Source: the human T2T-CHM13v2.0 reference genome, Homo sapiens. Taken from it: a stretch of 64,000 bases of DNA. The stretch lies in assembly GCF_009914755.1 (NCBI RefSeq), contig NC_060928.1; one strand, written 5' to 3'. The position numbers were made by a program, and so were the translations under genes. Positions 30,853-50,037 of the stretch are shown piece after piece. Every line of letters starts with the position of its first letter. The first letter of the stretch is position 1. A model generated the notes under the pieces. The model saw only the letters and a list, made by a program, of their open reading frames with translations, searched no databases and had not been told where the DNA came from.

Positions 30853-31335
30853 CATAGATACATAGATACATAGATACTTAGATAGATAAAGAAGGAGAGA
30901 GATTTAACATAAACATGTAAATACTTAAGTAAATGTTTATTTATTATAAGGAATTGGCTCACACGATTATGGAGGTTGGAAAATTCCAAGATTTGCTGTT
31001 GGCTGTCTGATGACCCAGGAGAGTCAATTACATAGTTCCAGTCTGAATCTGAGTCTGAAGACAGGAGAATTTTGATATTGTAGCTCCCAGACAGTCAAGT
31101 AGAGGAGTGAATTCCCCCTGACTCAGCCTTTTATTCTATTCAGGCCATCAAGGGATTGGATAAGCCCCACTCATATTGGAGAAGGCAATCCGATTGATTC
31201 AGGCTACTGATTTCATATGCTAATCTCATCCAGAAACATCTTCATAGACTCACAGACATACCCTCAATAATGTTTAACCAAATACCTGGGCAGTCTGTGG
31301 TCCAGTCAAGTTGACACATAAAATTAACCGCCACA
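30783..31335 (-). mobile_element. ERVL solo LTR, MLT2B-like
   Basis: aggaattggctcacacgattatggagg..ccagtcaagttgacacataaaattaacc..caca. Confidence 0.88.
30820..30887 (+). repeat. (GATA)n/(CATA)n microsatellite inside the MLT2
   Basis: Direct reading of the tandem units. Confidence 0.95.
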
Positions 31336-31521
31336 CTGTTCAGTTTTCCTAGCTGTTAACTCCAATCATTTGAAAGGAAGCGATCTCAAACTTAAGGTTC
31401 CAGACTCTATAGCCAGATAATAATTTCTGGTTTTTATAGGCTGATGACTCCCATTCTGTATTTAAGGGCTACTGGTATGACATCACAGAAAAATAATTAT
31501 TTACTCATTTAAAAAAATATC

Positions 31522-31816
<295 letters not shown>

Positions 31817-31991
31817 ATATCAAAGTGAAATATGTGTAAGAAACTCAAAGAATATTTTAAGAGAGTATAATAATGTTAAAATACACAAAGTTCCTTATTT
31901 ATAGTTTCACTTTCAAAGATAAACAGTCATAATGATTTGATTTTCTAGCCATTTTTCAATACACTATACAATTAATAGTACATATGTGTTA

Positions 31992-37283
<5,292 letters not shown>

Positions 37284-39218
37284 GGGAAGCATTTTTTAGG
37301 CATAAAGCTACAAAAGAAAGATATAGCAGTTTTCAAGTCACACTTGACTTTTAGAGCACCATAGTAAAGAGGACCTCTTGTTAAAATACACCGTGGGCTT
37401 GATGAATTTCCTTATGAGCATAATCTGTGATATTCCAAATGTGCTCTTTATTGCTATTCTTGTCAATATTCTCTTCTTCCACAATTAACTGGTGTTACAG
37501 TCCCAATTTGTAAATGGCTTTGAGTGTTTTGAGCAGTTTTCTACCCTCACTTTCATAAATTGAGTGGAATCTTGCACTTTTTACATGTTCTGCTTTGGAA
37601 TTTATTGTATTGTGTATACATTGCATTTTTGGTTGTTTATACTGCAAACCTGACTCCCAAAGACATTAACATGATATCTATCGAGTCAGTCTAGTACTAA
37701 CTGGGGTGAAAAATTTCATTGGCTATTAACTTTATAAAAAGTTAGTTTATTACAGAATATTTTCATATTAGGATCATTTATGTCACTGCCCCACCTACAA
37801 CACAAACTAACAAGAGAAGAACTGACAAGAACATCCTTCATATTGTGTTACTTTCCTGTTTACTGGAATGCTTTTTGTAGGTTGTTTTTGTATATTTCTA
37901 AACTTTATTTTTCTCCTTTTGGTGTCAATCAGTAAATCTGCTCTACTATTCAGTGTCTACATAGCTGTCTAATACACTTTTTTTTTATCCTGGATGGTTG
38001 AGTTTGCTGGAATATTTTGAGACAATTAACATTTATAACATTTTAATCCAGCTATCTGAGCATTTAATATTCCTGTCTGGATTATTAAGGTTATCTTGAT
38101 GATTATGAAGTGATTTTATTTTTCCAGTCCTCTAAGTTGATATATTAATTCTGAATTTATTCGTTTATAAAAAGAAGTCTTAATAAGCTCCAGATTACAT
38201 TGTCCCACTAAACATAACCCATTTTCCTTTTCTGATATTCTTTGACTATTTTATTTTAAATTGAGGGTATAATTTTCTTCTGTCTTCATAAACTATGTGA
38301 ATATCTTAAAAATGACATCTAGTAAAGAATATTCTTGTATCTCAGATAGCTTATGTATTATATATAATCTTTAATTTTGCGAGATACAGACCTTTATAGA
38401 GTGTGTTGAAGGGAAGAGTGTATGAACTACTTGCAATCTCTTCCTTGACTATTTTTTAGTTCTTAAAATAATTATACCTACCTATATTCCTGAGGCAATA
38501 TTTTTTATTTTACTTTTTCTTTTGAATGGAATTCAGTATGTATTTTTATGGCAAAAATGTGCTTTCATAGAAAGTAACTTTCATATTTAGAATAAAATAT
38601 ATTTGTATGTATATTATGTATTTATATAAATGTATATCAAAGGTAAATGACAGTAATGATTCATCAGGTATTAAAAAAGTAAAGTAAAATTTAAATGATC
38701 AAATTTCACTAGTGTAATATTAGGACTGGTTAATATTTTTTCTTGAACATAATGATTTAGAAATGAAAATTTGTGATTATTACTTGATTACATTAAAATA
38801 GTCTTAAAGATATTTCTGTCCACATTGCCATGTTTTTAAAAATGCCAATGAAATAAGCTATCAAAAATTATAATAAAATATTCTATACTATTAAGTTATA
38901 TCAATTTCCCAATTATTACAAAATAAAACGTATTGTTCTGAATGTAACGAAGAGGAGATATTTCATACTTAAATTCTGAATCCAGCTGTTTTACACTATG
39001 AAATATTAATTGCATGATCTTAAGGATAAGAACCTCTTTTATAGTACTTCTGTAAGAGAAATAAATTGGTCATAATTGTATTTCATTTTCTTGATTGAAT
39101 AGATACATAGAATAAAATGCACTGCAGTCTTCTGACAATCACATCCTGAGACTCTGCTTAAATAGCTCTATTATAATCTTACAGCATTTTTAGTCATTTA
39201 AATACAAGTTTAGTTCTG

Positions 39219-39294
39219 TTGTAGCCTTCAGATATTTTGCACCAAGATATTTAACTTTGTAGCCTTCAGATATTTTGCAGCAAGATGTTTAACT
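39219..39294 (+). repeat. 38-bp tandem duplication (2 copies)
   Basis: ttgtagccttcagatattttgcaccaagatatttaact and a second copy with 2 mismatches. Confidence 0.95.
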
Positions 39295-42200
39295 GGGAAA
39301 ACCCTTAGTTATTCATATTCAGATTTAAATTATTTCACTTACAACCATAGCTAAATATTTAAAACTGCAATGTCCCACTAAAACATAGCTGTTATAAATA
39401 TTATAATTATCATCATAATAGAACTGACAGGAACCACTATCATTTATCTTACATTTCAATACTTCAGGTTATATGATTCAGTATGAAAGTATTGAGATAG
39501 ATTTTTAAATTCTAAAACCAACTAACCTACCTTTCCTTTCTTCTTTGGTTCCTTCTACCCTTCCTAATTTTCTCTAGAGAACTAAAATGAATGTCATGTG
39601 GCTAAGAAAACTCATGAAATGTTTTCTCTGTATTGTATGTAAATCATTGTTACTCTCCAGTATGTATAGTATTTTAATCTATATAGTCCAGAGCATATTA
39701 AAATTGGGATTTTTTTTTTTTTGTGGAGCAAGATGACCAAATGGAAACCTCCACTGACTTGTCTACACAAAAAAGCACCTACATACGAACTGAAAATCAG
39801 GTTAACCATCCTAGTACGTGGTTTTAACTTTATATTGCTAAAAGAGGCACTGAAGATGGTAGGAAAGAAAGTCTTGAATTGCTGATGCCACCCCTCCCCC
39901 ATTCTCTGACAGTAGCTGCACAGCACAGGAGAGAGAATCTGTGCTTCTGGGGGAGGGAGAGTGAGCAATCAGGATTTTGCACTGGAAGAACTCAGCTGGT
40001 ACCCATGGAGGGAGCATTTAGACTAGCCCTAGCCAGAGAGAAATTGCCCATTCCTGGGGTTGGAACTTGAGTTTCGACAAGCCTCATCACCATTGGCTAA
40101 ACTGTCTGGGGTCCTAAATAAACTTGAAAGGCTCACTAGGCCACAGGGACTACAAATCCTAGGCAAGTCTTAGTACTATGCTGTGCTTGGAGCAAGTGGA
40201 CTTGGGGGCTATAAGGAGAGGCCTCTTCTGCTTGAGAAAAGCAGAGATATAAGAATAAAGGGGACTTTGTTTTGCATCTTAAGTAGCAGCTCTGCCACTG
40301 TGGGGTAGAGCACCAAGCCAACTCTTGGGGTCCCCAATTTTAGGCTTTGGCTTTTGGACAGCATTTCTAGGCCTACCCTGGGCCAGAGGGGAGCCCAGTG
40401 TTAGAAAGGGTAGTCTTAGGCCTGGCAGCATTTGCCACAAGCTGACTGAAGAGTACTTGGGCCTTACTTCAGTGAACATCAGTGGTACCCTGGCAGTACA
40501 TTCCATGGGCCCTTGGTGGTAGTGGACACAGGGAGAATCTCCTGCTTGGGGAAAGAGGAATGAAGAGGGGGAAAGACTTTGTCATGTGGCTTGTATTCCA
40601 GCTCAGCCACAGTAGAACAGAGAACTAGGTAGATTCCTAAGGTTTCTGACTATAAGCACTGGCTCCTGGACAGCATCTCTGGACCCACCTGGGGCCTGGG
40701 GACCTTGCAACCCTTCAGAAAAGAACACAAATCTGGCTGGGTTCGCTACCTGCTGATTGTAGAGCCCTGGACCTTGAGCAAACATAGAGATAGGTAGTGG
40801 CTATAGCAGGCCTTGGAAAAGACCCAGTGCTATTCTGGCTTCGGGTCTGACCCAGCATAGTCCCAGTGGGGGTGACCACAGGGGTGCTTGTGTCACCCCT
40901 TCCCCAGCTGCAGGCAGCTGAGCACAGAGAGAAGGACTTCATTTGTTTGGGAGAAAGTAAGAACAAGAGTCTCTCCCTGGTCATCCAGATAATTCTTCCA
41001 GATCTTATCCCAAACTGTCAAGGTGGTACCTCTCTAAGTATGCAAGAACTACAACATAACTGGGCTTGGGTACCCCCTAATGCAGATATGGCTTCAGTGA
41101 ACAAAACTTTAGACCATATGCCCAATTCTCTTCTAACACCTGGAAAACCTTCCCAAGAAGGGTAAGTACAAACAAGCACAGATTGCAAGGGAATAGAAAC
41201 AAATAACCTACAATGGAGTTCTAGTACATCTGTCAGTAGACGCTTCCAAGGAAACCTTACAGGCCAGGAGATAGGAATATGGCATATTTAAAGTGATGAA
41301 GGAAAAAAACCTTTTACCCTAGAATAGTATATTCAGTTAAAATATTCCTCAAGCAAAAAGGAGAAATAAAGACTTTCTCAGACAAATAGAAGCTGAGAGA
41401 TTTCATTAATACCAGATCTGTTGTACAAGAAATGCTAAAGGGAGTTCTTCAGTCTGAAAGAAAATAATGTTAATGAGCAATAAGGAATCATCTGAAGGTT
41501 CTCACTGGTAGTAATAAATATGCAGAAAAACACAGAATATTATAATGTTGTAATTGTGGTGTGTAAAGTACTCATATCTTAAGTAGAAAGATGAAAAGAT
41601 GAAACAATCAAAAATAATAACTACAACAATTTCAGACATGGATAGTATAATAAAATAGAAACAATGATAAGTTAAAAAGTGGGAATACGAAGTTAAAGTG
41701 CAGAGTTTATATTAGTTTTCTTTTTGCTTATTAGTTTGTCTATGCAATCACTGTTGTCATCAGTTTAAAATAATGGGTTATACTATATTATTTGCAAGCC
41801 TCATGGTAATCTCAAATAAAAAAATAAAACAGATACACAAAAAATAAAAAACAAGAACTCAAAACATACCAGCAGAGAAAATCAACTTCACTAAAAGGGA
41901 GACAGAAAGGAAGAAAAGAAGGAAGTGGGACCACACAAAACATCAGAAAAATAAATAACAAAATGGCAGGAGTAAGTCCTTACTTATCAATGAGAACATT
42001 GAATGTAAATGGATTACATGCACCAATCAAAAAACAGAGTTGGTCAATGAATGAAAAAACAAGACCAAACGATCTGTTGCCTACAAGAAATGTACTTCAC
42101 CTATAAAGACACACCTAGACAGAAAATAAAGGAATGTAAAAAGATACTCCATGGAAATGGAAACAAAAAAAAATAAGAGTAGCTACACTTACATCAGACA

Positions 42201-45060
42201 AAATAGATTTCTAAACAAAGACTACAAAAAGAGGCAAAGAGGGACATTATTTAATGATAAATGGGTCAATTCAGCAAGAGGATATAACAATTATAAATAT
42301 ACGTGCATTCAACACCAGAGTACCCAGATATGTAAGGCAGATGTTAGAGCTAAAGAGAGAGGTAGATCAATACAATAGCTGGAGACTTCAACACCCAACT
42401 TTCAGCATTGGACAGATTATCCAGTTGGAAAACTAGCAAAGAAACATTTAATCTGTATTTAGATTGAATAGACTTAATAGACTTTTACAGAACATTTCAT
42501 GCAACAGCTGCAGAGTACATAGTCTTCTCCTTAGCACAGGGATCATTCTCAAGGATAGACCATATGTTAGGTCAAAAAACAAGTCTTAAAACATTTAATA
42601 TAATTGAAATCATATGGATTATCTTCTTTGATCATGATTGAATAAAACTAGAAATAAATAACACAAGAAATTTTGAAAGATGTACAACACATGGAACTTA
42701 AATAGTTTGTTTCTGAGTGACTAGTGGGTCAATGAAGAGATTAACAAGGAAACTGAAAAATTTCTTGAAACAATTGATAATGAAAACAGCATACCAAAAT
42801 CTATAGGCTACAGCAAAGGTAGTACAAAAAGGAATTTTATAGCTATAAGTATCTACATCAAAATAGAAGAAAAACTTCAAATAAACAACACAACAGTGCA
42901 TCTTAAAGAACTGGAAAAGCAAAAGAAGTCTGAACCCAAAATTAGTAGAAGAAAAGAAATAATGAATATTAGAGCAGAAATAAATGAAATTGAAGAAAAC
43001 AATACAAAAGATCAATGAAACAAAAAGTTGGTTTTGTAAAAAGATTAAAAAAAAACCTGACAAACCTTTAGCCTGACTAAGAAAACAGAAGAGGAAATCC
43101 AAATAAAACCAGAGATGAAAAAGGGGACATTACAATTGATACCGCAAAAATTCAAAGGATCATTAGAGGTTACTTTGAGGAACTATATGCTTATAAATTG
43201 GAAAACTGAGAAGAAATTGAGAAATCCCTAGACACATATAACCTACCAAGATTGACCTGTGAAGAAATCTAAAATCTGAGCAGACCAGAAACAAGTAATG
43301 AGATTGAAGCTCTAATGAAAGGGATCCAGAAAAGAAAAGCCCAAGACCCAATGGATTCACTGCTGAATTTTTCCAAACCTTTAAAGAGCTAATACCAGTC
43401 CCACTGCAACTACTCCAAATATTATAGGAAGTGGGAATACTTCCAAACTCATTCTGTAAGGCCAGCATTACCTCAATACCAAAACCAGATAAGCATCAGA
43501 AAAGGAAAACTACAGGTCAATATCATTGATAAACGTTGATTCGGAAATACTCAACAAATACTAGCAAACTGAATTCAGCAACACATTAAAAAGATCATTC
43601 ATAATGACCAACTGGGATTTATTCCAGGGATGCAAGGATGATTCAACATATGCAAATTAGTCAATGTAATAAATTGACAAGATGAAGGACAAACACCATA
43701 TGATCATTTCAATTGACACTGAAAAATCATTTGATAAAATAATAAAACTGTAAAAAATACTGGATATAGAAGGAACACACCTCAACATAATAAAATCCAT
43801 ATGTGATAGACCCAGAGCTAGTATCATACAGACTAGGGAAAAACTGAAAGACTTTCCTCTAAGATCTGGAACATGACATGGATGTTCACTTTCACCACTA
43901 TTATTCAAAATAGTACTGGAAGTTCTAGATAGAGGAATCAGACTACTGTCTGATTGAAAGAAATAAAGAGCATTTAAATTGGATCATACTATCCCTGTTT
44001 GCAGATGATATGATCTTATATTTGGAAAAACCTAAAGACTTCAAAAATCTATTTGAACTGATAAACAACTTCTGTAAAGTTGTAGGATACAAAATCAATA
44101 TATACAATTCAGTAGCATTTCTATGTGCCAACAGTGAACAATCTGAAAAAGAAATCAAGAAAGTAATTGCATTTATAATAGCTACAAATAAAATTAAATA
44201 CTTAGGAATTAATGTAGCCAAAGACATGAAAGATCTCTTCAATGGAAACTATAAAATATTGATGAAAGAATTGGATAAGGACACAAGAAAATGGAAAGAT
44301 ATTCCATGTTCATGGATTGGAAAAATAAATTTTGTTAAAATGTCCATGGTACCCACATCAATCTACAGATTTAATACAATTCCTCTCGAAATACCTAGAC
44401 ATTTCTCTCAGAAATAGAAAAAAAATGCTAAAATTTATATGGAGCCACAAAAGGCTCTGAATAGGCAAAGCTCTACTGAACAAAAAGAAGAAGACTGGAG
44501 GAATCACATTACCTGACTTCAAATTATTATACAAAGCTATGGTAAACAAAACTGCATGGCACTGGTGCAAAAATCAGACATATAGATCAATGGAGCATAA
44601 TTGAGAAACCAGAAATAAATCCATACATCTATGGTGAGCTCATTTTTGATAAAGCTGTGAAGAACATACACTGGGGAAAGGATAGTCTTTTCAATAAATG
44701 GTTCTGGGAAGACTGGATGTCCATATGCAGAAGAATGAAACTAGACTGCTATCTCTTACCATATACAAAAATCAAATAAAAGTGGGTTAAAGACTTAAAT
44801 CTGAGATCTCAAACTGTGAAACTACTAAAATAAAACTTTGGGGAAACTCTTCAGGAAATTGAACTGGGCAAAGATTTTTTGAGTAATACTCCACCAAGCA
44901 CAGGCAACTAAAGCAAAAGTGGACGAATGAGATCACAACAAGTTAAAAAGCATCTGCACAGCAAAGGAAACAATCAACAATGTAAAGAGACAACCCACAG
45001 AATGGGAGAAAATATTTGCAAACTGTCCATCTGACAAGGAATTAATAACCAGATTATATA

Positions 45061-45114
45061 TGTATTAGTCCATTTTCACACTGCTATAAAGATACTACCT
45101 GAGACTGGACAATT

Positions 45115-45163
<49 letters not shown>

Positions 45164-45455
45164 GGTTTAATTGACTCACAGTTCTAGATGACTCCGGAGG
45201 CTTCAGGAAGCTTACAATCATGGCAGAACGGAAGCAGGCACCTTTTTTACAAGGCAGGAGAGAGTGTGAGTGTGTGAGGAAGGAACTGTCAAACACTTAT
45301 AAAACCATCAGATCTCATGAGAACTCACTGTCACGACAACAGCGTGGGGGAAACCACCCCTGTGATTCAATCACCTCCCACCAGGTCTCTCCCTGGACAC
45401 ATGAGGATTACAATTCAAGATGAGATTTGGATGGGGACACAGCCAAACCGTATCA
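45061..45455 (-). mobile_element. MaLR solo LTR (THE1D/MST-like) nested in the L1MA
   Basis: tgtattagtcc..ccaaaccgtatca with a perfect 5-bp TSD ATATA (45056-45060, 45456-45460). Confidence 0.93.
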
Positions 45456-45985
45456 ATATAAGTAGCACAAACAGTTCTGTAGGAACAATCTATTAATCTG
45501 ATTTTTAAATGGTCAAACGGTCTGAATAGACATTTGTCAAGACATGCAAATGGCAAACAGGTATATGAAAGGTGTTCAGTATCATTAATCATCAGAGAAA
45601 TACAAATTAAAACTGCAAAGATATATCATCTCATGCCAGTTAAAATGGCTTTTATCCAAAAGGCAGACAATAACAAATGCAGACAAGGATGTGGAGAAAA
45701 GGAAACTCTCATGCGCTGTTGGTGGGAATGTAAATTAATACAACCACTATTGAGAACAATTTGGATGTTCCTCAAAAAACTAAAAATAGAGCTACCATAT
45801 GACCTAGGTATCCCACTGCTAGGTATATTATTGAAATAAAAGAAATCAATATGTTAAAGAGATATGGACACTCCTATGTTTATTGCAGCACTCTTCATGA
45901 TAGCCAAGATATGGAAGAAACCTTCACATTTATCAACTGATGAATAGATAAAGAAAGTGTGGTACATATACAGCATGGAGTACTA

Positions 45986-46355
<370 letters not shown>

Positions 46356-47183
46356 TTAAGTGAAATTAGCCAGGCACAGAAAGACAAACTTTGCATGTTC
46401 TCACTTATTTGTGGGAGCTAAAGATTAAAACGTTTGTACTCATGGAGATACAGAGTAAAATGATGGTTACCAGAGGCTGGGGAGGGTAGTAGTGGGGGTG
46501 GATGGGAAGATGGGATAGTTAATGGGTACAGAAAAGTAGAATGAATGAATGAGATCTAGTATTTGACAGGCTAACAGGGTCATTATATTCAATAACAATT
46601 TAATCGCATGTTTAAAGATAATTGAAAGAATATAATTGTTTGTAACACAAAGGATCAGGGCTTGAGGTGATAGATACCTCATTTGCCCTGATGTAATTAT
46701 TATACATTGTATGCCTGTATCAGAATACCTCATATAACCCATATATACCTACTATGTACCCACAAAAATAATTTTAAAAAACTGAAGTTTTAAATCAGAA
46801 ACATTTTCTTTTAGAGACTTTATTTTGTGGATGTTAATGAAGTTTTGTGGTGAACTCACTAAAACCAAGTTGTATAGTTAATATAACATGCAAAATCACT
46901 TACTGTATGGCAGTATGTCTCGAACATATAAAACTTTGCCTCTTTATTGAAAAACACATTCTGAGGTCAATCTCAAAACCTGTGAAGAATTCTCCCTGCT
47001 TCACAAGCCAAACTAGTAGGGATAGTGATTTCCTCTTCTGCACCACACCAGAACAACATGAGTAAGAGTTCCAGGCACTTGAAAAACATAGAAGAAAGGA
47101 AGGGAAAGAAGCACCTGTGCATTCTTCCATTCTTTCAAGTGGTTACGTCTTGTCAACTATGTTGTGATAAGAGCAGAGAAGAT

Positions 47184-47326
47184 AATTATTCAAGATATTT
47201 GCAATTATTCAAGATAATTTTGCATATTTGAGTAATGCAAATTTAAAAACTTTTTAAAAATTTAAAAACACTAATGCAAATTTAAAAACAAATTTTGCAT
47301 ATTTGAGTAATGCAAATTTAAAAACA
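47184..47326 (+). repeat. Complex local duplications
   Basis: Identical 35-mer at 47216-47250 and 47291-47325 with partial copies between; 14-mer repeated at 47184 and 47203. Confidence 0.9.
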
Positions 47327-49432
47327 TCTGTAGGTGCATACTACTCATGTATGTTTGTGAGACATGAATTCAGTGATTCCAAGTCTTCAACATCATTTCA
47401 TGTCCAAACTCCCTGTCTGTCCCATCCTCTGAGATTTGGGTAAAAAAGAATTTGTCTTGGGGTAGAGCTTTACCCAAACTTTAAGAAAGGACATTGGTTA
47501 AGGGCACAAGAGGCATCTCTTTAGTGGTAGATTCATGTCATCAGGTGTGGAAGTCATGGTGGAAAAAAAATAGAAAACTACCAGGGAGTTGTGGAATACT
47601 GGACTTTGGAAAAAATAGCTCATTAAAGACATACTGAATAACATTTTACATGCTGTGTGTGTCTTTTCTTATCACTTTGTCATTTTGTTTGCTTAAATAC
47701 GTGTTATCTATCAGCTTTGCTGTTAAGAAAACTATGTCATGGAAAGGTAGTTGAATATTTAGTTTGTTACTATTGTTCAGTGGTCAAGTGAGAACTCCAG
47801 TAAAGTTTTTAGAATTTAAAACTAGAATTGGGTATGAATAAGAGGAGCAAAATATATACATATAATGTTTCTTTTAATATTTTAGATATGTCTACGAGAT
47901 CCAAAGTATATTTTTTATACCTTACTTTATTACAATTACAAAGTCTGTATTTTTCTTTTGCAAAATTTGCACTTGACCATCTTGGTCCCAGAATATCATA
48001 CTTTCAGAATTTTCTAATGTTCTTAATATTATGCTTTATATTATATCACACAATTACTGAATAAATTAGGTGAATTCAAATTTTAAATGGATACATTAAA
48101 CATATCAAAAGGAAAAGATCAAATTAGAAATAGTTTTAGAATGAAAGATTGGGCTTACACTGTCTTGCTGTAAGATAAATATTTCTGCATAGCACATGTG
48201 AAGTAATTAAGACACAGCAGAAATATCCTAAGCAGTGTAAAAGCACTAAAAATGGGAAATTGGTAATCACTTTCTATGAGCAAATGAAATTACTTACAAT
48301 ACCAATTCCCTTCCATTGTAATCTCTTTCTAACTTTATCGTACTTGGAAAATTGCTATGGTGACAAAGAAGTTTTTATTTTCCCTGGGTAGATAGAAATT
48401 CATTGGAAGACTTTATAAGTAGCCAGAACATGGTCTCATAATCAGTTAGCAGATTTGTATCCTCGACTACTACTTGTATTCTGTAAATAAACATCTTTTG
48501 ACTAGCAAGCTGGATTAAGAATGAGTTTTCAAACATGCAGTCACATAAGTGTGACTTTTAAGTCAATGTGTCTTTTAAGCAATTATAATTTCACGTATCT
48601 TATGATTAGTTTCATATACATAAGGATTCATAGTAGAGGAGAATAATAAATACAAATGTGAAAATAAAAGGGGCATACTGAAGAGGTTAATTTTGTTAAA
48701 ATGTGATAATCGTAAGCCTAATTTATAAAAAAATGTTCAGAATGTCATCACCTTGCTAATGAAATAAAACTTTTGGTGATAACATTTTAGCAAGGCTGAC
48801 TGTGTAATTTACAGTGTCCAGTGAAAAAAGAAAACGTAGTGCCCCTTCGACAAAAATTTTAAGTTGGTGACAACAGAGAGTTTACCAAGAAGAAGGCCCT
48901 GTGTGGTTGCATAGATTGTATATTCATGAAGCAGATCTTGCTTGTTAGTCTAAATTTGCTATTAGAAAAGTTTTGAATACAGTAGATAAAATATCTGGGG
49001 AATATGCTTGGTTGTCACTCAGGAGTGTTTATACAAGTGTGATCAAAATTATAAGTAACATCAGGAAATTGATTATACAAGCATATTCACTATACAAGTG
49101 ATGTCAAAATGATCTGTAAGGTTAACGAAATTCAGCAAAAGTGTTAATGAAATATCAATAGACCTTTGTGAAATATAAATTAAAATTAGTAATCTAAATT
49201 TTATATACTGAAATGAAGTGTGAGATGTATGCCTAATTTACAGAGAGCATTAAAAGTTTGGGAGAAGAGTATGATCTCCCATGAGTGGTCTTTACAATGT
49301 CTTAAACATAAGGCTATATCTTTAATAATTCTGTTGCCTTCTAGCCCACAACCTGACATATCTTGATATTTGATGAGTCTCAATGAGAAAACCATTTTGT
49401 GTGTGTGTCTCCTGGAATCTTTATTACTCTAG

Positions 49433-49929
<497 letters not shown>

Positions 49930-50037
49930 TGAGTTTTCTAATGCATAATGCACTGAAGAGTTCTCTTTCATAAATTCAGAACTGAGGAAGAGGAGAAAGA
50001 AGACAGAACAACAGAGCTGTTATTGAAAAATAGACGT

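Noticed and set aside
47040-47070. ATGA|GTAAGA as a first-exon donor
   Set aside because: No promoter features or clear acceptor; such donor-like hexamers are frequent.
48539-48556. 7-bp hairpin AGTCACA-TAAG-TGTGACT
   Set aside because: Too short to exceed chance.
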